Shown: positions 29,774 through 40,125, counted from the first letter of the stretch. The stretch: 64,000 bases of DNA from Dehalococcoidia bacterium (GCA_963662615.2 CAXXSR010000001.1:864001-928000), one strand, 5' to 3'. Numbers and translations: made by a program. The notes: generated from the letters alone by a model not told the origin.

Positions 29774-31215
29774 TGGCTGACACTCGCCGGCCAGTTGGCC
29801 TTCAAGAGCGCGTTGATCATTTCCGCGTTTCGCCGCCGCAACCGCCGGAACTCGGCCCCGTGGAGAAGCCAGAAGAAGGAGCCCGACTACTAAGCAGCGA
29901 TCAGACATTTTCCTCTGACACTGGTTCCGCTGATGGGGGAGGGGGGATCGAAAGTCCCACCCCATCGACCTCGGAACCCGCTGTCACCATGTTTCCCCGC
30001 CCCGCCCGAAAGTCCGGCCGGTTTTGCGATGTACTCCCGCCCCTGTCGGTACGGGTTTCAGAGTCGGATCAGCGCCGGTTCGCGCTCCTCGACTTCGAGG
30101 GACTCAGGCCGCCCAAGGTTCGCCGCCGCACCTACCGCTGCCAACCCATCGCCCCACCGCAGCGTGACGACCTCGACCGGCTGTACGAAGAGCGCGTCGC
30201 CGGACGGCTGCGGAAGCGCAGCATCGAAACATATCGATGGCTCAGGAAGGACATGCTCAGATGCGCGTCCAACGCGGCGGGACGCAACGTCGTCCGCATC
30301 CTCGACCTGTTTATGGATCGCGATCTGCTGGGCCGGGCGCTGGTCTCCGACCGTCTCGCCGATGGCAAAATCTGCTCCAAGTCCACGATTGCGCACCGCC
30401 GGACCGCAATCCGCTCAGTCGCGACGATGCTGCGGCCGGAACTCCAGGCCGACCTCGGGCGCGATCCGCACGAGATCATCCGTGAGGCGCTGCGGTCCGT
30501 GGCGGAGCGTCGGGGAGGGGGCTACCGTATCAACGCCGGTTCACCCCGCACGCGCGGGGGACCTACGCCGAGCCCTGAGGACCGTTGCGCCATGATCGCC
30601 GCGATGGGGCGCGCCGAAGGCTGGATCGGCCTCCGGGATCGCGCGTTCGCGACGCTGCTGGCGAGCACAGCCTCTCGGGTGAACGCCCTCCGGACGCTCG
30701 AAGGTGTGGACTGTCACTCTCTACCAAGGGATCGTGTCCGGGTGCTCCTGCACCAGAAGAACGGGCGCGAACGTCACGAGGTGGAACTGGATCGGGTGTC
30801 CCGCGAGGCGCTGCGCCTGTACATGTTCGCCTTCAACGAAGCGATGAGGGGCGCAGGCCGACCCTACCGGATCGTCCTAGGGAAGCCGGGACCAATCTGG
30901 CGCACCGAACGCGGGGTGCAGATGCCGGAGAAGGCACTGCGGGCTGCGCTCCGCCGTGCGTGCGTCGTGGCCGGGACGCCGGGCTACACGCCTCACGCTT
31001 TCCGCCGCGCGTGGGCGACGGCGGCGGCGGAGGTGCTCCCTCGGTGGGAGGGCGCGCTCGGCGGTGGATGGCGCGGAACCGAGCGGTTCGATGCCTCCTA
31101 CGTAACTCCGAGTCGCGCGTCGGTCTGGCGAAAACTCGCGGCAGTTGCCGTGGAGCATCCGGCGGATCGACCGGAACCGGAGCAGGCGCAGCATGAGCCA
31201 GCGCGCGCTCTTTGA
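29773..31215 (+). CDS. divergent tyrosine recombinase (catalytic set present; start uncertain)
   Basis: RDRAFATLLASTASR (R), HQKNG (K), HAFRR (HxxR), LGGGW (W), FDASY (Y). Confidence 0.75.
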   Translation: MADTRRPVGLQERVDHFRVSPPQPPELGPVEKPEEGARLLSSDQTFSSDTGSADGGGGIESPTPSTSEPAVTMFPRPARKSGRFCDVLPPLSVRVSESDQRRFALLDFEGLRPPKVRRRTYRCQPIAPPQRDDLDRLYEERVAGRLRKRSIETYRWLRKDMLRCASNAAGRNVVRILDLFMDRDLLGRALVSDRLADGKICSKSTIAHRRTAIRSVATMLRPELQADLGRDPHEIIREALRSVAERRGGGYRINAGSPRTRGGPTPSPEDRCAMIAAMGRAEGWIGLRDRAFATLLASTASRVNALRTLEGVDCHSLPRDRVRVLLHQKNGRERHEVELDRVSREALRLYMFAFNEAMRGAGRPYRIVLGKPGPIWRTERGVQMPEKALRAALRRACVVAGTPGYTPHAFRRAWATAAAEVLPRWEGALGGGWRGTERFDASYVTPSRASVWRKLAAVAVEHPADRPEPEQAQHEPARAL

Positions 31216-32203
31216 CCTCGATTCCATTGACCCGGTCCCTAAGCGAGGCCGCCTCGACGCGGATTCCGAGGCGTTCCTAGCGCGCTATCGAGACCACTAC
31301 CGCGGTGACCGATCGGATGGGGCGCTCCGTGGCGAGGTCTCACAGTTGCGAAGCCTCGTCCGTGAGGCTGTCCGTCAGGGCGGGGGCTCCAGGCTTCCCG
31401 AGGTCCTGTCGAACTGTTCTGCGCTGGCAGGAGTGCTAACCGCTCCGGCGAAGCGGCCCTCTGCGGCCACGGCCTTGATCCGACTCGGGGCAATCAATGC
31501 GGCACTCCTCTTCCTGTTCGGCGAGGACGAGGGGAGGCGGCGAATCGACGAACTCGACAAGGCACTCCCGAAGCGTGCCGAAGCCGAGTGGTACCAGAGC
31601 GGCGTAATCTTGGCCGGCGAGCGGGCGCGGCGGCGGGCTCAGAGCCCCACGATCGAGCCGGGCGACTTGTTGCGCATCGTGGAGGCCGCTGGAGCCAGGA
31701 GGCGAACGGCGCTCTCTCTCCGTGACCGCCTGCTCATCGCGGTCCACTGCTACAGCGGGCTCGGCGCGGGCGAGATCCGGGTGCTCCGGTGGGACGACCT
31801 GAGATGGGAGTCCGAGGGCGAGGCGTGGAGTGCGGCTGCGGCGCGCGGCACGAAGCGGACGCGCCTTGCGATCTTCGGCCCGGCTGCTTCCCTCATGATT
31901 CGCCATCGCCTGGAGGCTGAGGCGTTCGACGAGTATGCGTTCGCTAACTCCCGAGGCGAGACCCTCACCGACCGTCAGGTGCGGCGCATTGTCCTCGCCG
32001 CCTGTTCCGCAGCGGGCTTCCCGCACGCCGCCCGGAGTACGCTGATGAGCGCCTCCGCTGCCTACCTCAGCGCGGCAGGGTTGCGCGACCACGATGTCGC
32101 GTTCGCCCTCGGGATCGCCGACATGCGGACCATCAACCGGCTATTGAAGCCGCATCACAAGTTGGCGGCGCAGCGTCAGGCGCACGCGCCATACTCCGCT
32201 TGA
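31193..32203 (+). CDS. tyrosine-recombinase-fold protein lacking catalytic residues
   Basis: RDRLLIAVHCYSGLGAGEIRVLRWDDL and ALGIADMRTINRLL boxes, but R, HxxR, H/W and Y are missing; overlaps the upstream gene. Confidence 0.65.
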   Translation: MSQRALFDLDSIDPVPKRGRLDADSEAFLARYRDHYRGDRSDGALRGEVSQLRSLVREAVRQGGGSRLPEVLSNCSALAGVLTAPAKRPSAATALIRLGAINAALLFLFGEDEGRRRIDELDKALPKRAEAEWYQSGVILAGERARRRAQSPTIEPGDLLRIVEAAGARRRTALSLRDRLLIAVHCYSGLGAGEIRVLRWDDLRWESEGEAWSAAAARGTKRTRLAIFGPAASLMIRHRLEAEAFDEYAFANSRGETLTDRQVRRIVLAACSAAGFPHAARSTLMSASAAYLSAAGLRDHDVAFALGIADMRTINRLLKPHHKLAAQRQAHAPYSA

Positions 32204-32678
32204 GTTTGCGTACGTCGCAAGCGACTGGCTGAGCAGACGATTCGACGGATACGTCCGTGATTGTGCACTTGACACAAGGTTAGCTGCCCTACGCGAATGG
32301 CGCTTTTCAACCGACTGGCGATGGCTTTAGCCCTTGGATCGACGATCGGATAGTCCGGTTCGAGCCTCGCCCACAAACAAGCCGCTTCGTATACGTGGAA
32401 ATCTTGTTGCTCGCCGTAGTCTGCAATGACTGCTGGACGCGGTAGCGGTATTGGAACGGTTGGGTCCGAGTGCGCGACCGGAGAACGAGTCCGCCCTGGT
32501 GGGAGAGATCTACCTCGCCACAACGGCGGGCGACTGACCCCCCGGTCGGCATGTGGCCGGTTGCACCAGCCGGGCCACGCCGGCTCCGCCGCCCGCCCTA
32601 CCACGCCCGGAAATTGAGGGCTCCTCCTGCGCCGATACGGTTATTGCGTCGAGATAGCAATGGTGATATATCGAGGGT

Positions 32679-33980
32679 GTGAAGGTATTCTCTCAAGGCG
32701 AAGTTAGCGGAGCGCTCAGGTTTCGGCGGCAGAATCTGCGGCAGCTGCGTTGGCTCGCCCCGCTGACAGTGCTCGTGCTGGGGGTCGTCTCCTGTGGAGG
32801 ACAGGATTTCGAAGCCGGCCCCCTCGGCGCCGTGGAGGTGGCCCCCGGCGAGGCCATTCAGATACGTTCGATGCAGGTCCTTACAGGACTTGGTGACCTA
32901 GGCATCCCAAGCCAGCGCGGCGTGGAACTGGCGTTGGCGGACTATGGCCTTATCAAAGGGCACGCTGTCTCGATGGGCGCCGGCCTCGACTCTCTCTGCA
33001 CCGAGGAAGGTGGCCGAGCCGCCGCCCACACGGTAACCGGCGATCCCCGAATCGTCGGCGTCATTGGCACGAGCTGCTCGGTCGCCGCCGCTGCCGCTTC
33101 ACCGATCCTGAGCGAAGCCGGTCTGGTGATGCTCTCCCCCCTCAACACGGCCCCCTCACTGACCTCCGACCTCCGCGGCAATGCCGGTTCCAACTACTAT
33201 CCTGGCTACTACCGGACGGTCAGCAACGACATCTACGAGGCGCAGGCGGTCGCTCAGTTCGCATACAACGAACTCCGCCTACGTAGGATGGCCGCCATCC
33301 ACGACGGCGACCCGTACACCTCTGGCCTCACCGACGCCTTCACCGCCGCGTTCGAGGGGCTCGGCGGATCGGTCGCCGTCGCCTCTGTCAGCAGGGGTGA
33401 CACGAATATGACCTCCGTCCTCACGCAAATTGCGGCGGACGGTCCGGACGGCCTCTTCTTTCCGCTCTTCCAAAAAGAAGGCGCCCACATCGTCCGGCAG
33501 GTCGGCCAGATCGCTGGACTTGAGGACGTGACGCTGATCGGCGGCGCAGCCATGCTGGTCTCCGAGTTCCTCGCCATTCCCGAGTCGGAAGGCATCTACC
33601 TTCCAGGTCCGGACTCGAACTTCGACGGCAACACCAACGAGGTGACCGGTAAGAGCAGCGAGGCGCTCATCGCCGAATATAAAGAGCGGTATGCCGAGGC
33701 TCCCACATCCGCCTACTTGGCCCACGCCTACGACGCCGCCACGCTGCTCCTCCGGGCCATCGAGGAGGTCGCGGTTGGTAACGGAGATACGCTGTACATC
33801 GATCGGGCCAAGCTCCGGGAAGCGCTGACCGGCGTCACTGGCTTCAGTGGCATCATCGGGGTCATCTCCTGTGACGAGTTCGGCGATTGCGGCGTCGGCA
33901 GCATTCAGATATCGCACCACACCGATTCCAGCGTCACCGACGTCGCGGCACTCCCCGTCGTCTACCGCTTCGCCCCCTGA
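32679..33980 (+). CDS. branched-chain amino acid ABC substrate-binding lipoprotein (LivJ-like), orphan
   Basis: Lipobox VVSC; VIGTSCS, AIHDGDPY, AHAYDAA. Confidence 0.85.
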   Translation: MKVFSQGEVSGALRFRRQNLRQLRWLAPLTVLVLGVVSCGGQDFEAGPLGAVEVAPGEAIQIRSMQVLTGLGDLGIPSQRGVELALADYGLIKGHAVSMGAGLDSLCTEEGGRAAAHTVTGDPRIVGVIGTSCSVAAAAASPILSEAGLVMLSPLNTAPSLTSDLRGNAGSNYYPGYYRTVSNDIYEAQAVAQFAYNELRLRRMAAIHDGDPYTSGLTDAFTAAFEGLGGSVAVASVSRGDTNMTSVLTQIAADGPDGLFFPLFQKEGAHIVRQVGQIAGLEDVTLIGGAAMLVSEFLAIPESEGIYLPGPDSNFDGNTNEVTGKSSEALIAEYKERYAEAPTSAYLAHAYDAATLLLRAIEEVAVGNGDTLYIDRAKLREALTGVTGFSGIIGVISCDEFGDCGVGSIQISHHTDSSVTDVAALPVVYRFAP

Positions 33981-34019
33981 CCGCCAAACCCGCGCCGACG
34001 CGGCGAGAGCGCGGCAGTC

Positions 34020-34307
34020 GGTCCAGCGGTGCGGTCGTGGCTGCAGCGGGTTGGCGTGACCACACTCTTCATCGAACCGGGCAGCCCCTGGGAGGACGGC
34101 TATGTCGAGTCCTTCAACGGCAAGCTCCGCGACGAGTGCCGCAACCCCGCAATCTTCACCACGCTCACGGAAGCGCAGATCTTGATCCAGCGCTGGCGCC
34201 GGGAGGTACACCCAGGTGCGCCCCCACAGCGCCCTCGGCTACCGTCCACCCGCCCCCGAAGCGCTGGAGATCGAGCCTCCCTACCCCCACCCCCTGGGTC
34301 GACAGGA
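34020..34307 (+). pseudogene. IS3-family orfB 3' remnant, cut by IS6
   Basis: FIEPGSPWEDGYVESFNGKLRDEC; frameshift before RPHSALGY. Confidence 0.85.
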
Positions 34308-35203
34308 GGTTCTGTCAGATCTCAGGGCACGGGGACGAACCGGGTCAGGCGCTCCCCCTCGCCGCTCGCGTTATGCCGCCTGCATCTCCGCCATCAGTGA
34401 CCGCCAGCGTGTGACGAAGAGCCGGCGCTGCTCGGCCAGGGGGACAGAGTGGCCTCGTCGCTGGCGAGCGCGGAAGCCGTGCCGGCGCTCATCGAACGCG
34501 GTACAGAACCGGGCGGCGGACGCGAAACTCCCGAAGCCCAGCATTGGGTAGCTGCATCGGTGCAGCAGCTTTTTCCCCAGGATCCAGCGGATCGCGCTGC
34601 GGTACGGCGGAGGCTGGTCCGTGGTGACGCGCTGCGGCTTGCGCGCGGTCACCTCGACGAGTCGCCGGAGGAAGCGCCGGGCGGCGTGCGTGTCCCGGTG
34701 CTCGCTGCGCCTGGAGTCGAGGAGCACCCCCTCGCGGTCGAGGGCGCGGTCGCGAGAGCACCAGCGCCCGGCGACGTGCACGTCGGTCTCGTCCAGGGAC
34801 CAGGAGCCGCCGGCGGGGCCGCGCCGCTTCGCGCGCCGCCGGTCCGCGAGCAGCGGGGCGAAGCGGACCTCCCAGGCGCGGATCGTCTCGTGGGTGACCG
34901 CGAAGCCGCGCTGGAGGAGCCGCGCAGCGACGTCGCGGAAGCCCAGCTTGGAGCGGAGACGCCAGAGCACGGCGCGCAGCACGATGTCCGTTGGGTCCTG
35001 GAGATCGGTGAGGGGCGTGCCGGTCCGCTCGTGGAAGCGCCGCCGGCAGGCCTGGCAGCGGAACCGCCGGGAGCCGAGCGCGGTGCGCCCCTTCCGCTTC
35101 GTCGTGGCCGTGGATGTACCGTCTGGACACGCCAGCAGCGTCCCCTCACCATTCCGCGGATGCGGCTCGCCGAGGCCAGCGAGCCCTGCGTTCTGACAGA
35201 ACC
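34308..35203 (-). mobile_element. IS6-family element with degenerate transposase
   Basis: Terminal IRs GGTTCTGTCAGA/TCTGACAGAACC; degraded WxLDET...RAxDRxG motifs; internal deletion. Confidence 0.88.
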
Positions 35204-35368
35204 GAGTTCGCGGGCGTGGTTCTCGATCGCCCAGGTGGCGAACATGTGGTGGAAACGGCCCGTTCACGTCCGTCACCGCCGTCCTCCACCGTCGCGGGAT
35301 ACTCGCCACTCGTTAGTGATGGCGGCGGTACAGTGGTCGATGTCCTAGCAAACGGAAACCGGGTAAAC

Positions 35369-36115
35369 ATGACCGTGATCAGGCCTGTCCTTGCCATTGC
35401 CACGCTTGCCACCCTCCTCGCCGGTTCCCTGTCGTGCAGCGGGGCGCCCGACGCGGTCCGACTGGCGACCGAGGGGGCCTATCCGCCCTACAACTTCCTG
35501 AACGAGGACGGCGAAATCGACGGGCTGGAACGGGAGTTAGGCGATGAGCTGTGCCGGCGGGCCAGTCTCGAGTGCACGTGGGTGACCAACGAATGGGACA
35601 GCACCATCCCCAACCTGGTGGTCGGCGACTACGACGCCGTCCTGACCGGGATGAGCATCACGGACGAGCGGGACGAGCTGATCGACTTCACGCAGCCATA
35701 CCTCCCGCCCAGCCCGTCGGTCTACGTCGCGCTGACCGGTGCCGGCGATGAGGTGGTCACCGGCACGGTGGCCGCCCAGGTGGCCACCGTCCAGGCCGAC
35801 CACCTCTCGGGATCCGGCGCGACGCTGCGGGAGTACACCACGGCGCCGGAAGTCATCGCGGCCATCCTCAGCGGCGAGGCGGATGCGGCGTTGGTCGACG
35901 GCGCGTTCGCCAGCGACAGCATCGCGGAGAGCGGGGGCAGGCTGGCGCTCGTCGGCCCCGAGGTGCCGCTCGACCGCGGTGTGGGCGTGGGCGTCCGGGA
36001 GGGCGATCGGGGGTTGCGGGACACGCTGGACCGGGCGATCGGCGAAATGAAAGAGGATGGCTCGTTGAACGCCCTCATCGAGAACTGGCTGGGCCCCGAC
36101 GCCGAGACCTTCTGA
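35369..36115 (+). CDS. polar amino acid ABC substrate-binding lipoprotein, orphan
   Basis: SLSC lipobox, ATEGAYPPYNF, GMSITDER, DFTQPY. Confidence 0.88.
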   Translation: MTVIRPVLAIATLATLLAGSLSCSGAPDAVRLATEGAYPPYNFLNEDGEIDGLERELGDELCRRASLECTWVTNEWDSTIPNLVVGDYDAVLTGMSITDERDELIDFTQPYLPPSPSVYVALTGAGDEVVTGTVAAQVATVQADHLSGSGATLREYTTAPEVIAAILSGEADAALVDGAFASDSIAESGGRLALVGPEVPLDRGVGVGVREGDRGLRDTLDRAIGEMKEDGSLNALIENWLGPDAETF

Positions 36116-36448
36116 GGGTATGGGGGCAGCCCCAGGTCCCAGGGGAGGTGCGTGGTGTTTGGGTACGGCGACCGTCTGTCGGGGTGGGGTGGCCGCTGTC
36201 CGACGCCGCGGAGGACGACTGGCTCGCCCGTCTGCTCATCGACGTGGATCTGGGCGACGAGTCGTAGACACCGTCGACACAGGTGCCTGGGAGCGCGACG
36301 AGGCCTGGCGGCGGGGGTGGAAGGCGCTCGGCATTAGGTACGCTGTTTCGGCAGGTCGGCACGGAAAGTGGATTGCACCGATGGCTTCGGGTGGGACGTG
36401 GGCCGACCTCCTCGCCACGCGCCAGTGAACGCTGGAGACCTTCTGGGC

Positions 36449-36748
36449 TTACTCGTCACCGCTGAAGGGCGGGTATTCGTCGGTGAGCAGGGAAACGTAC
36501 GCGTTGTCGCGCGTGGACCAGCGGAGGTAGTACACGAGCAACTTGGCCAGCCCCTCCGGTCGCTTGCCCGTGATGATGATCACGATCCAGAGCATGATCA
36601 GCACGATCTGCGCGACCATGCCGAGCAGGCTCAGCACAATCAGGTGTGGAATGGCCAAGAGAAGCCGGAAGAAAGTCGTGAGCCGGTTTCCGCGCTCGCT
36701 GTAGTCAATCTGCAGTCGAACCGGGTACTGTCCTGCAGGTCCATCCAT
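36449..36748 (-). CDS. DUF4389-like membrane protein
   Basis: YPVRL..RLTTFFRLLLAIPH..LLTDEYPPF. Confidence 0.75.
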   Translation of the reverse strand: MDGPAGQYPVRLQIDYSERGNRLTTFFRLLLAIPHLIVLSLLGMVAQIVLIMLWIVIIITGKRPEGLAKLLVYYLRWSTRDNAYVSLLTDEYPPFSGDE

Positions 36749-37080
36749 CCGTCGGCCTTCCCGTGGTGGCGTACTTCGCCCCCATTCGCACGCGGCGCGC
36801 CGGGAACATACCGGACGGCGCATGGATGGGCCGAACTCGGGGGCGAGGCCGCGCAGCGCCCAGGGCGTGTCGTCGAAGTCGACGGGAGCGGCGAGGGCAC
36901 GGGCCTCGTCCAGCGAACCGGGAGCGATCTGGCCGGCGCGGGCGAGCAGGCGTCGTGTCTGGTCGCCGAAGAACTCGCGCAGGGCGGAATCCTCCGGCTG
37001 CCCGCGCGTCTGGGCCGGCTTCGAGACGCCCGACGCCATCGCGCGCGCGGCGACCGCCAGCTTGCTCGGACCGCCGCGGC

Positions 37081-37239
37081 TCAGCGCGGCTTGGGGAACG
37101 CTCGCCCGGTGGCCGCGTTGGTCACGCGGGTCCCGCGCGCCAACGCCCGCTGGTGCGTTCCGCAGAGGCTTCGGGACGGCGCCGCCGCTGGGCGGGAGCA
37201 TTGCGTGCCCCGGGCGGTCCGCGCTTTGCACTGGGCCAT
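37081..37239 (-). CDS. 52-aa CCCH zinc-finger-like protein (DUF5763-like), copy 1
   Basis: AAGGAGG RBS; MAQCKARTARGTQCSRPAAAPSRSLCGTHQ; below the ORF-track cutoff. Confidence 0.6.
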   Translation of the reverse strand: MAQCKARTARGTQCSRPAAAPSRSLCGTHQRALARGTRVTNAATGRAFPKPR

Positions 37240-37394
37240 TACGTTCCCTCCTTCGCTGCCAATCCGCTACGTCGGCGACAATGATGACAGATCGATAAGG
37301 CGCGGGGGAGCTTGGCATCGACCCAGACGGGCCGTGGGGTCGTCGTGCTCTGCCCGTCACGCGATCCGCGCCTGGCGCCAGACCAACGAAGAGA

Positions 37395-37826
37395 CTAGGG
37401 GCGATCGCGATCGCGGCCTCCACGTTGCTGCCCCGCGACGAAGGTGGCGCCGACGGTGGTGCAGGCGTAGACGACCTGGATCGCAATCGTCCCGGCGATG
37501 GCGAGCAGCAGGGTGAGGGTTGCGACATCGCTGCGCTGCCCGCGCAGCGGACGCCGCGTCAGCGCGCGGGAGATGACGAACAGGGTCGTCAGCATGGCGG
37601 TCCAGCGCAGACCGGTCCCGCCGGGATTGCCGGTGACTTCCATCAGCGCTCCGAGCAGGAAGACGAGGGGGGAGGCGATGATGACGGTTCGCCAGCCAGT
37701 GTCGTCCCACGCGCTGCGGAGCGCGCCGACGGAGTATTGGCTGCGCTGCTGATGACGCGAGATGACTGTTTCCTTTTCGCGCGAGCACGGTTGGTTCGAG
37801 AGCGGCGGCGTGCGCTCAGGTGGCAT
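37395..37826 (-). CDS. membrane protein (WDDT motif), copy 1; start uncertain
   Basis: Three hydrophobic segments; paralogous to the N-terminus of 45265-46045. Confidence 0.5.
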   Translation of the reverse strand: MPPERTPPLSNQPCSREKETVISRHQQRSQYSVGALRSAWDDTGWRTVIIASPLVFLLGALMEVTGNPGGTGLRWTAMLTTLFVISRALTRRPLRGQRSDVATLTLLLAIAGTIAIQVVYACTTVGATFVAGQQRGGRDRDRP

Positions 37827-38185
37827 CGTCACGGTTTCGGTTGAGGCACTTGGCGATCGGTGGCGCGACGATGGCACAGCCGGCGGCGATGCCCGTGGTG
37901 AAGACGATCCAGGGCCAGTAGAGCTCCTGTCCACCCCACGAAGCGGCGCCGACGCCGCTGGCTTCTGCGCCGTATTCGAGCCACCACGTCAGGACGATGA
38001 ACAGCGCGAGCGCTACGTTGAGCGGGCTCGCGATGGGCCCGCTGAAACCTCGGCCGACGACCCAGCGGGCGATCAACGCGAGCACCGTCGCGATCACGCC
38101 CCAGGAGAACGACGGGGCGGGCACGGACGCGTTCGCCGCCCAGCCGACCATCTCGGCGGTGAAGAAGAGGATCGCGAAGAGCAAC
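37816..38185 (-). pseudogene. 5'-truncated duplicate of the membrane protein at 45265-46045
   Basis: Identical C-terminal half; N-terminus lost at the repeat boundary. Confidence 0.75.
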
Positions 38186-38284
38186 TCCATCGGGTTCGTC
38201 AAGAACGCCGTCTTCGGCGGCGGACCGCGTACCCCGAGCCTGGTTCCCGCCGCGGATTGTCAGGGTTTCGAAAGGATTCGGCGC

Positions 38285-38338
38285 TACGCTGAAGCTGGCG
38301 GCAGAGGATCTAGATCCGGCCGCGGGGTGTCGAGAGTA
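38285..38338. promoter_or_regulatory. back-to-back putative ECF-sigma promoters sharing the palindrome GGATCTAGATCC
   Basis: + strand AGATCC-N17-AGTA; - strand AGATCC-N17-CGTA. Confidence 0.45.
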
Positions 38339-38349
38339 GGGGCGTCGGC

Positions 38350-40125
38350 ATGCAGCAACTTCGCGAGTGGTGGCCTGGAGCGGTCGCGGGACTCGTCGCC
38401 GCCGCGGTGGCGCTGGCTGTCGCCGAGTTCGTCGCGCGCCTCGTCGACGGCGAGTCGCTGGTCGTGGCGATCGGAGACGTAATCATCGACAGCTCCCCGC
38501 GTTCCGTCTCCGGCGCGGCGATCGAAACCTTCGGCACGAACGACAAGCCCGCACTGCTCGTTGGCATCGTCGCCACCTCGTTGCTGCTGGGCGCGGCCCT
38601 GGGGCCGCTCGCGATGCGCTACCGCGCGATCGGCGTAGCCGCCTTGGCGGTCTTCGCCCTCGTCGGCGGGCTCGTGGGGGCCCGCGATCCGTTCACCTCG
38701 CCCGCACAGGCCTGGACCACCGCGCTCGCCGCCGGAATCGCGGGGGCCGCGACGCTCCTCTTGCTGCTCAACGCAGCGACCCAGGCCGGCCCGTCGGCCG
38801 CCGCCGCGCCTCCCGATCCGCAGGAGAAGCGCCTCGGGCGAAGGCGCTTCCTGCAGTTCGCCGGCGGCGGGCTGGCGGCGGCAGCGGTCTCGGTGCCCCT
38901 GGGGCGGCGCCTGATCGGCCCGGCGGTCGATGTGGAAGCGCAGCGCGCCGCAATCGTGCTGCCGCCGCCGAGCACCTCGACGCCGGCGTCACGGCCCGCG
39001 GGGGCCGCGACCGCCGCACTGCCCTCGCCAACCCCCAGCGTGAGCGCCCCGCCCAAAGCGACGGCCACAGCCGAGACCGCGCCCGCCCAGGCAACGCCGA
39101 CCGCCACCGCGCCCGCCGAGGCAACGCCGACCGCGACCGTCACGCCCGAACCGACACCCGAGCCGACGCCCGAGCCCGCACCCGTCGTCCGCGCCGGACC
39201 CGCCACGGTGCCGGGCATCTCGCCGCTCGTCACGCCGAATAGCAAGTTCTACCGCATCGATACGGCACTCTCGGTACCACGCATCGACAGTACGCGGTGG
39301 CGGCTCCAGCTCACCGGGATGGTCGACCGCCCAGCGGAGTTCACGTTCGACGAACTCCTCGCAATGAGCCTGCGCGAGGAGTCGGTGACCCTCGCGTGCG
39401 TCTCGAACAGGGTGGGGCAGGGCCTCGTCGGGAACGCCTACTGGCTCGGCGTCCCGCTTCCCACGTTGCTGCGCGAGGCGGGCGTTCAGGCCGGCGCCAC
39501 GCAGGTGATCGGGCGCGCCGTCGATGGTTTCACCGTCGGCTTCCCCACGGACGTCGCGCTCGACGGGCGCGAGTCGATGGTGGTAGTCGGCATGAACGGC
39601 GAGCCGCTGCCAGCCGAGCACGGGTTCCCCGCGCGCCTGATCGTGCCGGGGCTCTACGGCTACGTCTCCGCGACGAAGTGGCTCGGCGAGATCGAGCTGT
39701 CGACGCTCGACTCCTTCGATTCCTACTGGGTGCGGCGAGGCTGGGCCCAGCAGGCGCCGATCAAGCTGCAGTCGCGCATCGACGTCCCGCACGACGGCGC
39801 CACGCTCGCGCCCGGCAACGTGCGTGTCGCCGGCGTCGCCTGGGGCGGGCTGAGCGGCGTCAGCGGCGTTCAGGTTCGGCCAGGCGAGCGATCGCCCGGC
39901 GCGCAGCCTTCGGAAGGCGGATGGATCGACGCCGTTCTGAGCGAGGAGCTGTCCGACAGCAGTTGGCGTCAGTGGGTGGTCGACTGGCCCGCCACCGAGG
40001 GCGCGTTCCGCCTCGAGGTACGCGCGATCGATCGCAGCGGCATGGTGCAGACGGCCGAGCAGATGGAGCCGTTTCCCGATGGCGCCACGGGGCACCACAC
40101 GATTGCCGTGACCGTCGAGGGTTAG
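38350..40125 (+). CDS. membrane-anchored molybdopterin-dependent oxidoreductase (sulfite oxidase/MsrP family)
   Basis: TM N-terminus, RRRFL, P/T-rich linker, FYRIDTA, LACVSN, HGFPARL.VPGLYG, SATKW. Confidence 0.9.
   Translation: MQQLREWWPGAVAGLVAAAVALAVAEFVARLVDGESLVVAIGDVIIDSSPRSVSGAAIETFGTNDKPALLVGIVATSLLLGAALGPLAMRYRAIGVAALAVFALVGGLVGARDPFTSPAQAWTTALAAGIAGAATLLLLLNAATQAGPSAAAAPPDPQEKRLGRRRFLQFAGGGLAAAAVSVPLGRRLIGPAVDVEAQRAAIVLPPPSTSTPASRPAGAATAALPSPTPSVSAPPKATATAETAPAQATPTATAPAEATPTATVTPEPTPEPTPEPAPVVRAGPATVPGISPLVTPNSKFYRIDTALSVPRIDSTRWRLQLTGMVDRPAEFTFDELLAMSLREESVTLACVSNRVGQGLVGNAYWLGVPLPTLLREAGVQAGATQVIGRAVDGFTVGFPTDVALDGRESMVVVGMNGEPLPAEHGFPARLIVPGLYGYVSATKWLGEIELSTLDSFDSYWVRRGWAQQAPIKLQSRIDVPHDGATLAPGNVRVAGVAWGGLSGVSGVQVRPGERSPGAQPSEGGWIDAVLSEELSDSSWRQWVVDWPATEGAFRLEVRAIDRSGMVQTAEQMEPFPDGATGHHTIAVTVEG

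Larger units (their letters stand above)
37005..38185. repeat. 1181-bp direct repeat, copy 1
   Basis: Matches 44454-45634 (offset 7449); one difference seen (37241 A vs 44690 G). Confidence 0.95.
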
